From NCBI GenBank assembly GCA_937928425.1, contig CALFVL010000077.1, forward strand, positions 24,448 through 88,447: 64,000 nt of DNA, written 5' to 3'. Origin of the DNA: an uncultured Verrucomicrobiales bacterium. Its GTDB lineage: Bacteria; Verrucomicrobiota; Verrucomicrobiia; Verrucomicrobiales; Akkermansiaceae. The position numbers were made by a program, and so were the translations under genes. The first letter of the stretch is position 1, and each line of letters starts with the position of its first letter. Shown one piece after another: positions 28,145 to 36,871 of the stretch. The notes under the pieces are model-generated. The model was given only the letters and a program-made list of their open reading frames with translations. It was not told the DNA's origin and searched no databases.

Positions 28145-30268
28145 TTAATTAGCTTTCGCCTTCTTGCGCAACTGATCGACAATTTGGTCGATTTTTTTGG
28201 TGGGGACAGCGAGGGAGCGGTGACGGAGTGCCCGAGCTATGTTTATCCCTACGACTTCTCCCTCAAGGTTGATGAGGGGGGCCCCTGTGATCCGAGGGCT
28301 GATGACTTGATCGTGGTAAATAGCATAAGGGAAGTCGTCCCGACGTTTGCTAAGTTTTCCACCACGAGCACTGAGTGAGGTGAGAGCGCCGTTACGCCTA
28401 GAAGCGGTCTGGTCGAACACTCCAGCTACGGCGGGAGGGCGAACATCAAGGATCGGCTCGAAGGTGAGTTCTTCGTCATTTCGCTTAATCAGGAAAGTGA
28501 GTTTTGTACCGGGAGGCTTCGTGGAAATTCTCTGACCAAGGTCTTCGATCCCATCGAGTTTGGAGTTATCAACTTTAAGAATTTTATCACCTTCAAGGAG
28601 TCCGACTTTATCGGCAGGGCTTCCGATATCGACCGTTTCGATCACCGGGGTCACGCTTTCCACAGCGAAGGTGATGCCGAGGTAAGAACTCGGCTCATTA
28701 GAATTTTGATTAAGTTCATAGCCTTTTTTAGGGGCGGAGCGTGCCGGCTGAGTGATCACGCCAGAGACGAAGCCCTTAGGAGTAGGTGTGAGGAGGAGTT
28801 GCCCGACTTTCGGCTCTTTAACTTCCCATTTTACGGGTCGAAGACCAGTGGCTGAAATTTTGATAAGCGCGATATCGTAATCTTCGTCGACGGCCATGAT
28901 CTCGACTGGATAGTCGTCTTCTTCGAAGCTTGCCACTAGGCCCTCAACTTTCGCGATTTCAGAGGCTTTTGTGAGGAGTTGTCCTGTTTCATGGATGACT
29001 GTTGCAGAGGCAACAGGTGTTCCGTCGGCCTTTCTGAGCAGGAGAACTGAGGGAATGAGTTCATCCCGGATACTCTGAAATGGGGAAAGGAACTCATCTG
29101 CAGGGATGATAGGTGCGTCGTTGTCGTCATCGATCACCATCATGTTTACCATTCCCGCAACGGGCTGAGGGAAGTGTGCTCGTGCGATGGTTTCACTCGG
29201 AGTCAGAGTGATGCTTTTTCCCGTAGAAGTGGTCAGGGTAAGGGGGCCTCCGTCTTTGAGTTTTAGGGCAAGTGAGATGGTGCTCTGGATGGCCTCGTTA
29301 TTAGCGGAGGTGATGAGGTCTCCTTTGGAGAGTCCTGCGGAAGCTGCGGGACTATCGGGTAGGACTGAGATGACGCGAGGGGATGAGGCGGCTAGAGTGA
29401 AGCCATAGAATGGGGCCTTCTCAGCATCTGGATTTGGTTCCCAGCGGTTCAGAAGGTCTTGCATGTGATGGGGGTCGAGAAGGCGGGGGCGAGCGAGAAG
29501 TTCACGAGCATCTTCCTGTTCGGCATTTCTTTTGAGTGCCTCCTCGAACTGCTCGCGTAGTTCGGCGTAGGGTTCATCGAAGAGGCTGTTCTCAGGAGCC
29601 TGCCCCATTTGAGTGGGACGGCCGAAGGACTCGCCGTTTAACAGAGCATCCCAACGATCAATAATAGCAGGAAGGGGGACATGGTTATTTAGACTCCAAG
29701 AGCCACCAACATTACTGTTGATCCCGATGACTTCCCCTCGGAGGTTAAAAAGAGGTCCACCTGAGTCACCTGAGATCACGAGAGCGTCAGTGGTGATAGG
29801 GTCGGCGAACCCACCTGCGATTCCAGCCTTAAGGATGCGCCCGAGCCGGACTGGTGAAGGACGTCCCACGACTGGACCACCTGGGTGGCCGGTGGCTATC
29901 ACCCATTCACCCACTTGGTAGTCTGGGCCTTCAAGATATGGTCGGTAAGGAAAGGGACCTGGGGCGTTAATCTGGAGCAAGGCGCCATCAGTCTCATGAT
30001 CGACTCCCAGACTAGTAGCAGGGAGTTCGCGGCCATCGGCAAGGAGGACCGTGAGAGAGCGATTCGCAATCGAGGTGACGTGAGCGGCGGTGATGACAAG
30101 ACCATCTTCACTGACGATGACACCAGAGCCGGAGCCTGCCTGAAGCATGACAGCTACGGTGGAGGCTACCAGATCGGGCGCAAGGCGACGGACCGTTTTA
30201 TCGAGCTCTTGGGGCGTTTGCGCCGAGAGGGAGGTGAGAAAGAGGAGAAAGAAGAGGACGGGTTTCAT
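28145..30268 (-). CDS. Secreted HtrA/DegP-like protein: active trypsin-like domain - PDZ - degenerate trypsin-like domain - PDZ
   Basis: The start is probably ATG 30268 (MKPVLFFLLFLTSLSAQ); the track start 30322 overlaps the upstream gene. Domain 1 has ITAAHV, TDGALLQI and GDSGGPLF. PDZ-like segments include GLSKGDLITSANNEAI and GLLEGDKILKVDNSKL. Domain 2 reads LLTKASEI, YDIALIKI and ITGAPLIN, with no His or Ser. Confidence 0.75.
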   Translation of the reverse strand: MKPVLFFLLFLTSLSAQTPQELDKTVRRLAPDLVASTVAVMLQAGSGSGVIVSEDGLVITAAHVTSIANRSLTVLLADGRELPATSLGVDHETDGALLQINAPGPFPYRPYLEGPDYQVGEWVIATGHPGGPVVGRPSPVRLGRILKAGIAGGFADPITTDALVISGDSGGPLFNLRGEVIGINSNVGGSWSLNNHVPLPAIIDRWDALLNGESFGRPTQMGQAPENSLFDEPYAELREQFEEALKRNAEQEDARELLARPRLLDPHHMQDLLNRWEPNPDAEKAPFYGFTLAASSPRVISVLPDSPAASAGLSKGDLITSANNEAIQSTISLALKLKDGGPLTLTTSTGKSITLTPSETIARAHFPQPVAGMVNMMVIDDDNDAPIIPADEFLSPFQSIRDELIPSVLLLRKADGTPVASATVIHETGQLLTKASEIAKVEGLVASFEEDDYPVEIMAVDEDYDIALIKISATGLRPVKWEVKEPKVGQLLLTPTPKGFVSGVITQPARSAPKKGYELNQNSNEPSSYLGITFAVESVTPVIETVDIGSPADKVGLLEGDKILKVDNSKLDGIEDLGQRISTKPPGTKLTFLIKRNDEELTFEPILDVRPPAVAGVFDQTASRRNGALTSLSARGGKLSKRRDDFPYAIYHDQVISPRITGAPLINLEGEVVGINIARALRHRSLAVPTKKIDQIVDQLRKKAKAN

Positions 30269-30272
30269 GAGC

Positions 30273-31943
30273 TTAGAAAGCACGGGTTTCGGCGAGGAGT
30301 TTTTCAAGAACTTTACGAACATCAGCAGGGCGGAGGGCTAAGCTTCGAGTGGCTGAGACTGCCGCGATGTTGAGCCCGAGGGCGCGTCCTTGGCGGTCAA
30401 AGATAGGGGAGCCACAGTCCCATGCGTTAAGTGGCATGGTGTGGGCGATGACATCGGGGAAGGGACTTCGCCTGACACTCGGGACGATGGCGATGGCTGG
30501 GGCCTGAATTCCGGTGGCTGGTGGAATAAGGAGCGGCGAGATTAAAGTGATTTCTATCTCTTGGGAGCCTGAAGAATTTTTGACTAAAAGAGTGACCTTA
30601 TCTCCGACTCGGTGGCTATCTAAGAGGGTGGTCAGTTCTGACCGACGGGTGATTTCCTGCCCATCGATGCTTTCAATGAGGTCCCCTAAGGAGAGTCCAG
30701 ATTCAGAGGCGGGGCTGTCTTTTTTAAGAGCAGCGATGACGAGGCCGTTTTCCCGCTGTTCGGTGGTGATGCCTAAGCTGGTGACTTGGCTCGTGGAGTG
30801 AACGGTGGGTGTCTTAGCCTTGAGAATCTGAGTGAATATTCCCGTGTTACAAGCAGGCTCCGCGAGCATCTCCTCGCTGGTTCCTTGAAGGAGAATTGGA
30901 GAGATAAGAATGGAGCCAGGAGTGGGAGGGGCGTCTGACCAAGTCACGGTAGGGAGGCCTGTGGCCTCTACTCCTACGAGGGCGAGGTCACTTGCTTCGT
31001 CAGTGGCTAGAATGATGCCGGGATAGTCTTCACCTGCGATGCTGACTCTGAGGTCAGGCCCGAGTTCACTCGCTTTGGTAAGGATCATGCCATCTTGGCG
31101 GACGATTGTTCCGATGACGGAGTGAGTGGACTGTGTATCTTCATTAAAGATATGTGCGCATGGAAGAGGGCTAGGGTAGGTGTCTTGTAAGAAGGAATTT
31201 CGAGCATCTGTGATCGGAGAGCTGGTGAGTTCCTCTCTCTCTTCTTCACTCACTTCAGGAGCCTTAGGGAGCTGAGGTAGGGAGGACTCGCTAAGATCGG
31301 GTAAGATCTCATCCAAGCTGGTAAACTCTCTTAAAAGTTGGCTGATAGAGATGGCTGGAATGTTTGAGTTGCGTGCCTTGAGAGTGGTGGCGATAAGGCT
31401 ACCTGAGAGGTCGAAGACAGGGGTGCCGGGGAGGTGATTCACACTATCAAGCCGGATGGCAGTGGCTTCTTCTGGTGGGGTGAATTCTAAATGGTCGATA
31501 AACATACCGGGAATTTCACCAAGGGAGGCGATGGGTGAGCAGGTAGGAATGACGACCGTGTGGTTAGTCAGTTCTGAGATGCGAGATGCGGTGAAGGTGG
31601 AATCATTTTCTTTAAGTTTAAGAAGAGCGAGGTGGCGCTTAGGTCTCTCCGCAATCGTGCTGAGGGGAATCCGTGAACCGTCTGCCTTATAAAGAAGATA
31701 GGGAGCTTTTCTCCCATCAATACTGGCAAGAAAAGGGGCGAGAATATGGCCATCTTTACTAATTACGGTGGCAACTCGTGTGGTGGTGAGTCCAGTACGT
31801 CCGATGATGAGAGTCTGAGTTTGAAGAGTATCAGCCAAGGCCAGCGTCTGTTTCTCGACTGAGTTTTCTTCCTTTTCGGTCCAGTTGATGGGAGTTGCGA
31901 AAAGTGGCAAGGAGAGAATAAAAGGAATGCAAAGGAATTTCAT
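30273..31943 (-). CDS. Secreted double trypsin-like/PDZ protein with incomplete catalytic triads (pseudo-protease paralogue)
   Basis: 556 aa with a signal peptide (MKFLCIPFILSLPLFA). Domain 1 reads HILAPFLAS, RHLALLKL and LPGTPVFD. Domain 2 reads MILTKASEL, SDLALVGV and DCGSPIFD. A PDZ segment reads GLSLGDLIESIDGQEI. Confidence 0.65.
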   Translation of the reverse strand: MKFLCIPFILSLPLFATPINWTEKEENSVEKQTLALADTLQTQTLIIGRTGLTTTRVATVISKDGHILAPFLASIDGRKAPYLLYKADGSRIPLSTIAERPKRHLALLKLKENDSTFTASRISELTNHTVVIPTCSPIASLGEIPGMFIDHLEFTPPEEATAIRLDSVNHLPGTPVFDLSGSLIATTLKARNSNIPAISISQLLREFTSLDEILPDLSESSLPQLPKAPEVSEEEREELTSSPITDARNSFLQDTYPSPLPCAHIFNEDTQSTHSVIGTIVRQDGMILTKASELGPDLRVSIAGEDYPGIILATDEASDLALVGVEATGLPTVTWSDAPPTPGSILISPILLQGTSEEMLAEPACNTGIFTQILKAKTPTVHSTSQVTSLGITTEQRENGLVIAALKKDSPASESGLSLGDLIESIDGQEITRRSELTTLLDSHRVGDKVTLLVKNSSGSQEIEITLISPLLIPPATGIQAPAIAIVPSVRRSPFPDVIAHTMPLNAWDCGSPIFDRQGRALGLNIAAVSATRSLALRPADVRKVLEKLLAETRAF

Positions 31944-34271
31944 TTACCAAACTTGTTGGAGTTTATCGAGGGGGAGCCAGAAGCTGCTATCAGAGGTTGA
32001 GATGCGGGCGTGTGTGGCATTGGTCTCACTGACGACGATGATTTGTCCGGCTCGTAAAGCTGGGAAGTTCCAATCGGGAGTTCCCGCCGTGGGCTCGCGT
32101 GGAAGTTCTTCCGCAAGGACCATATACTGCTTTGCGGCATACTCATGGCTCTGCCTCCAAGCTGCAGTCCCAAGGAGTATTGCGGTGAGACCGAGCATGC
32201 TGAGGCCGGGCCAGAGAGGGAGAGGGCGGAGCTTTCTGAGTGCGAGGAAGAGGAAGCAGATCACCCAGATGACGGAGGCTAAGATGATCCACTGGTCGGG
32301 ACGTAGGCTCAGGAAGCGGTTCCGGCTGACGGTGAGATCACCCATCCTTTCACGGATGGCAGTCATGAGAGTATGAGCCTCCTTATCTAGCGGATTTAAA
32401 AGGAGAGCGGTATGACAAGCTGCCCGAGCAGGTGCAGCCTCTCCAGCTGCGAGGTGAGACTGTGCTAAATTAAGATAAAGTGCGGGGTGGTTCGGCTCAG
32501 CCTCAATGAGCGAACGGTAAGTGATAATGGCCTGGCTGTAGTTCCCTTCCTGATGGAAGGCATTCGCTTCGCTGAGCGACAGGGCGGGGAGCTGGGTGGC
32601 GCTGAGGATGAAAATGAGGCTGAGCTTGGCAAGCTGGCTGGCGAGGGCCTTAAAGTCGATGGAGGCGCTGTTCCCTGAGAATGAGGAGTCGGCGTGAGCA
32701 ACTAGAATTTCGGAGAGTTCTGGATGGTCAAGTGTTTCTGCAATTTCACGAGCGGTCGCCCCGGAAGGTAGCTTAAGATGGGTGCGTAGAATGGGGAGCA
32801 GAGTGGAGTCGATCTCTGCGGACGTGGCTTTCCCAGAGTCGAAGCCTTGGATGAGTTTTTTAAGGGTGTTTTTACGTTCTTGAGCCTCAGGATCACGGGC
32901 GTCATGTCGTTTTTTAAGGAAAGCGAAGAGGAAGGGGAGAAGCGGAGCGAGGGCGAAGGTGCCGAAGGTGAGGGTGGAGAGATTAAGAAGCACAGGCCGA
33001 GTGATGGCCCGGCCGAGTTCACTCCGTGGGCTGAATGAGGAGGCTGTCCCGCTGAAGCCCGGTAAGATGATTTCGGGAGAGATTTGATGAAGGCGCCAAC
33101 GATCAGCGAGGGTGTCAAACGAAGCGAGTGTGATGGCGGGGAGAATGCCTACTTTTCCGGTGGGAAGGAGGGTTTGTTGGAAGCGCCCTTTCCAAAGTTC
33201 GTAATTGTGGCCCACTTGTGCGGCGAAGTCGGTGCTTACCGAGGGGAAGCCATCTGCCGAGAGATCGAGTGAGTTGCGGAGGTCTGGGTTTCCTTGTCCA
33301 GTGATGGAAATGTCGATGGTGAGGGGCCTTGCTTCTTGCGCTTGGGCTGGGTGAATCTGGCTTTCAATTTGCCAATCTCCCACGAGTCCCGTATTGATGG
33401 CTTGATCGTTAGGGAGGGGAGGTAAGGGGACTACTTTGATTTTGAAGGGGAGGACGTGAGTGCGAATTTGAGTAGGGCTGGTTCCGAGAGTGGCACTAAA
33501 ATTTCCAGTGGTGACTCCAAGCTTCGTGAAAAATAAGCGGGATTGGTAGGATCTAGCTAGATAGTCAACGCCATCAATTTGTAGTTCGGTCTCGCGGTAT
33601 GTGTCCCGTGCATCGTAGGGGTGTCGGCGGAAGAAGAAGGGATTTCTGCGTCCCGAGCGTGAGAAGATTTCTGATCTAGAGGATAGAAAGTAGTCGCTAG
33701 GATAGGGCTTACGAGTTTCTTCGCGGCTGAATTGGTGCCATTGACCACCAAGGACACGATTTGAGGGAGGAGAGAAGTAAGGATTAGTGGATGTGTCATC
33801 TATTCTCTTCTTGATTAGTTCGATAAACTTAATTTCTACGCTTTCTCCGTGATGGACTTTTTCAGGGGTTTTAATCTCGTCATTCCAATAAACTTCGAGG
33901 CGGGTGTCTGTCTTTGAGGCCTTATTCGGGAGAACGCGGATATTATCGAGGCGGATAAAAAATTCCTTATTTTCGAGGACTACGGGAATGGGTGGTGGCT
34001 CAAGTAGTCCTGGTGAGTTTACGATGAATTCGAGCCGGTTTTCAGTCTGGATTTGTTGTTGTGCGTTATTCTGGAGGCGCACACTGGAGTATCCTAGCCA
34101 AGTAATTTTAGGATGTTTAGGGAGTTTACCTAGCTCGAACTCGGCTTGGGTGATGATCTGGATTTTCTGGATTTGGTTTTCAACGATGACCTCCGGGAAG
34201 GGGAGGAGTTTCATATTCTGAGCTGCTGAAGGGAGCCAGAGTAGGAGAAAGAAGAAGAGAGAGCGTGACAT
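31944..34271 (-). CDS. BatD-like protein fused to TPR and a C-terminal SH3-like region (BatD+BatE-type fusion)
   Basis: 775 aa. Signal peptide, a large beta-rich region in BatD position, and a TM (VLLNLSTLTFGTFALAPLLPFLFAFL). TPR follows (FHQEGNYSQAIITYRSLIEAEPNHPALYLNLAQSHLAAGE), then two TMs and the tail AGQIIVVSETNATHARISTSDSSFWLPLDKL. Position in the operon supports the call. Confidence 0.55.
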   Translation of the reverse strand: MSRSLFFFLLLWLPSAAQNMKLLPFPEVIVENQIQKIQIITQAEFELGKLPKHPKITWLGYSSVRLQNNAQQQIQTENRLEFIVNSPGLLEPPPIPVVLENKEFFIRLDNIRVLPNKASKTDTRLEVYWNDEIKTPEKVHHGESVEIKFIELIKKRIDDTSTNPYFSPPSNRVLGGQWHQFSREETRKPYPSDYFLSSRSEIFSRSGRRNPFFFRRHPYDARDTYRETELQIDGVDYLARSYQSRLFFTKLGVTTGNFSATLGTSPTQIRTHVLPFKIKVVPLPPLPNDQAINTGLVGDWQIESQIHPAQAQEARPLTIDISITGQGNPDLRNSLDLSADGFPSVSTDFAAQVGHNYELWKGRFQQTLLPTGKVGILPAITLASFDTLADRWRLHQISPEIILPGFSGTASSFSPRSELGRAITRPVLLNLSTLTFGTFALAPLLPFLFAFLKKRHDARDPEAQERKNTLKKLIQGFDSGKATSAEIDSTLLPILRTHLKLPSGATAREIAETLDHPELSEILVAHADSSFSGNSASIDFKALASQLAKLSLIFILSATQLPALSLSEANAFHQEGNYSQAIITYRSLIEAEPNHPALYLNLAQSHLAAGEAAPARAACHTALLLNPLDKEAHTLMTAIRERMGDLTVSRNRFLSLRPDQWIILASVIWVICFLFLALRKLRPLPLWPGLSMLGLTAILLGTAAWRQSHEYAAKQYMVLAEELPREPTAGTPDWNFPALRAGQIIVVSETNATHARISTSDSSFWLPLDKLQQVW

Positions 34272-34291
34272 GGTGATTGAGTCGAGGTGCC

Positions 34292-36856
34292 CTAGTGGTC
34301 TTTTTTACGAGGGATGCGTTTTCCCTTCCGAGCGTGCTCTTTCCGCATCCGGTTCATGAGGCGGGCACGGAGATCACCGCTGCCTTTTTCTGCACGGCGG
34401 AGATCATTCTCGGCGTCACTCTCGCCTTCTTCATCTGCGGAGTCTTGGTCTTCTTCATCTGCGGAGTCTTGGTCTTCAAGTTTATCTCCTTGTGGATTAT
34501 CTCGCTGCTCTTTTTCTTTCTCGTTTTGGCGCCTTCCTTTGCCATCTTTCTCATCTTTTTCTTCTTCTCCGTCCTCTTCTTCCTTCCCGCCATCAGGCTG
34601 TGCTTGTTGTGGCTGCTGCTGTTGTGGATCGTAGAGGTGATCGAGGGCATCTTGAAGGTGCTGCTTAGCGTTGTGGAGATCACGTTCACGGTGAGCGGAG
34701 GGAGCTAAGGCGATGTCTTCTTCCGCGAGTTTAATTTCGGCGAAGAATTCACTAGAGAGGATGGTGGGCTCATCCTCGATGGCCTTAGCCTTGGCGATAA
34801 GCCTCTGGATGGCGCCGGTGGATTCATCAATGGCTTTATCATTAATGCTAAGCTGGGTGGTGACCTCACGCTCTAGGCTCGCAGCGAAGCGTTTTTCTTG
34901 CTCAAGAGCGGTGTAAGTCTGGCGGACTGCCTTCTGGTAAGCTGAATAGAAGTCAAGGTAGGCCTGAACGCGCTTCCGGTTCTGGTAAGCTAGGGCAAGG
35001 TTAGCACTGGCTTCTTTGTCGTTGGCTTTAAGAGGGAGGGCTTGTTTGTAAAAATTGATGGATCTTTGGAGGGACCGCTTGGCACTTTCTAAGAGTTTTT
35101 TTGGAGACGTCTGTCCTTTGGCCGCCATTTGTTGCAGCTCTTCATCTGTTTCTGGGGTGAGGTCCTGTCCCTTTCGGTGGTTGAGGAGGGCGAGCTTAAG
35201 GCGAGCGGCGAAAGTGAGATCAGGACGATCTGTGGGGGCTGCGTTTACAGCACGGTTATAGAGGTCGCTGAGGAGTTTGAAGCGGTCTTTTGAGCTGAGG
35301 CTGAGTAAGGGGTCGGCTTTTTCTAGCTCGAGTGCTTTATTATAGAAACGGACGCTGCGTTGAGCATCGGTCAAGTCCTTAGAGTTGAGGGACTTTCGGA
35401 CCTCGGGAGAGAGGTAGTCGAAGGAGGCAATGGAGTCTGAGGCCCCTTCGTCTCCAGAGAGGATTCCCTTAGCGCGTTGGACCCACGAGGCTGGGCCGTC
35501 GGTATCGTGGGTTAAGGTGCCGAGGATGTTTTCTTTGTTATCTAAGAAGACTGCCATGGGATAGGCGGAGACAGTGAGTTTTCTGGCGAGTGTTCGGCGT
35601 TCATTTCTCTCTTCTTCTTCTAGTCCCACCCGTGGGAGGTCGATGACAGTGCGGATGACCTTAGCGTCGGCCCATTTTTTGAACACTTGATGATTTAAAA
35701 TTTCACGTTCGAAGGTGATGGAAAGTTCAGACCAGTCTGATCCGGTGAAGATGACAAGAAGGGGCAGTTCTTCTTTTTTAGCTTCGGCAAGGGCCTCTTG
35801 GTAGGAGTCTGCGACTTGAGCTTGGACAGGTGAAGGGAGGAAGAGCGAGATCGCAAGCACCGCAGTGAGTGGGCGCCATACCTTGCTGCGGAGTGGGAGG
35901 AAGAGATGGATCATAAGGCAGAGAAGGGCTATCGAAAGTGGCCAAGCGTAGAGGTCCAATGGACGTTCAAAGACCTCGGCAGCGATGTTTTCACCATTGA
36001 GTTCTATGGCATCAACACGGCTGCTGAGTTTACTCACTTGGGAGTCGACTTCCTTAGGAGAAGCGGCGAGGAAGAGGCCATTTGTTGAATCAGAGAGGTT
36101 TTTTAGAGTGGAGTGTTCAGCCTTAGTGCTGACATCTCGGGTGGGGACGTTTGCAGGGATACCATCGAGCCCGAGTGCGATGGAAAGGACGGGGATTTGC
36201 GCTTTTTTTAAGAGAGTGAGAACTTCATCAGGGGTCCGGCCAGTGACATTATCACCATCTGAGAGGATGATGACGGCGGATCCGGGGGGCGGGTTTTCTG
36301 TGAGGAGGTTCTGGGCTTCGCGGAGAGCGGAGTCGATGTCTGTGCCGCCTACAGGAATGTCTCCGGGTCCGATTTGGTTGACTTTGGAAAGGAGAATGGA
36401 TCGGTCCAGCGTGACTGGGCTCTCAGTGTAGGTGGCTCCAGCAAAGGAAACGAGGCCGATCCGGTCGGTCGGACGCTTGTTAATAAATTCACGAAGGAGG
36501 AGTTTAGCCGCTTCGATACGGCTAATGCCCTCGGCGTCGATCGCACTCATAGAACGTGAGACATCTAATAGGACGACGAGGTTTTTAGCAGGTCGGCGGT
36601 GCTGGCTGATTTCACTGCCGCCGATTGGCCGGAGGACGGCGATGAGTGAGAGTGAAAGGGCTAAGAAGAGGACGGTCGCAAGGATGCGGCGGCGGACTGG
36701 CCCGGCATTTGAGCGGAGATTACACTGGGTGGAACCTTGGGTGAGAAGGGCGATCGCACGGCGGCGTCTAGAGAGGGCCCAGTATGCTACGACGACGATG
36801 GCGATCAAGAGGGGAAGAACCCAAATGAGGTGTTTTTCAAGAGCAAGGAATTCCAT
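34292..36856 (-). CDS. BatB-like VWA protein fused to a Cys-less thioredoxin-like domain, TPR-like helices and an acidic/basic low-complexity tail
   Basis: 854 aa. N-terminal TMs and a VWA MIDAS (VVLLDVSRSMSA; ILSDGDN). The thioredoxin-like block is LPLLVIFTGSDWSELSITFEREIL...VIDLP. The C-terminal tail is QQQQPQQAQPDGGKEEEDGEEEKDEKDGKGRR...EDQDSADEEDQDSADEE...RKKDH. Confidence 0.65.
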   Translation of the reverse strand: MEFLALEKHLIWVLPLLIAIVVVAYWALSRRRRAIALLTQGSTQCNLRSNAGPVRRRILATVLFLALSLSLIAVLRPIGGSEISQHRRPAKNLVVLLDVSRSMSAIDAEGISRIEAAKLLLREFINKRPTDRIGLVSFAGATYTESPVTLDRSILLSKVNQIGPGDIPVGGTDIDSALREAQNLLTENPPPGSAVIILSDGDNVTGRTPDEVLTLLKKAQIPVLSIALGLDGIPANVPTRDVSTKAEHSTLKNLSDSTNGLFLAASPKEVDSQVSKLSSRVDAIELNGENIAAEVFERPLDLYAWPLSIALLCLMIHLFLPLRSKVWRPLTAVLAISLFLPSPVQAQVADSYQEALAEAKKEELPLLVIFTGSDWSELSITFEREILNHQVFKKWADAKVIRTVIDLPRVGLEEEERNERRTLARKLTVSAYPMAVFLDNKENILGTLTHDTDGPASWVQRAKGILSGDEGASDSIASFDYLSPEVRKSLNSKDLTDAQRSVRFYNKALELEKADPLLSLSSKDRFKLLSDLYNRAVNAAPTDRPDLTFAARLKLALLNHRKGQDLTPETDEELQQMAAKGQTSPKKLLESAKRSLQRSINFYKQALPLKANDKEASANLALAYQNRKRVQAYLDFYSAYQKAVRQTYTALEQEKRFAASLEREVTTQLSINDKAIDESTGAIQRLIAKAKAIEDEPTILSSEFFAEIKLAEEDIALAPSAHRERDLHNAKQHLQDALDHLYDPQQQQPQQAQPDGGKEEEDGEEEKDEKDGKGRRQNEKEKEQRDNPQGDKLEDQDSADEEDQDSADEEGESDAENDLRRAEKGSGDLRARLMNRMRKEHARKGKRIPRKKDH
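34426..34477. repeat. Perfect 24-nt tandem duplication (2.2 copies) inside the BatB-like tail
   Basis: cttcttcatctgcggagtcttggt occurs at 34426-34449 and again at 34450-34473, followed by a partial third copy. It encodes the duplicated octapeptide visible as ...EDQDSADEEDQDSADEE... on the minus strand. Confidence 0.95.
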
Positions 36857-36871
36857 GAGGAGGGAGCAGGG

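Noticed and set aside
30269-30322. 50-nt overlap between the two protease-like genes as listed in the ORF track
   Set aside because: An internal ATG at 30268 gives a proper signal peptide (MKPVLFFLLFLTSLSAQ) and a 4-nt intergenic gap. The longer start is probably an ORF-calling artefact.
34426-34477. Tandem repeat considered as a CRISPR or minisatellite array
   Set aside because: There are only 2.2 contiguous copies, with no spacers. They lie inside and in frame with a coding region.
34277-34708. Plus-strand ORFs of 100-200 aa lying antisense inside long minus-strand genes (e.g. 34277-34708, 35985-36431, 36432-36875, 38290-38904, 39393-39806, 49261-49731, 29885-30373, 31885-32376)
   Set aside because: They fully overlap genes with strong family motifs on the other strand. 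Their composition is low-complexity (Ser/Arg/Gly-rich) or repeat-mirroring, typical of shadow ORFs in moderately GC-rich DNA.
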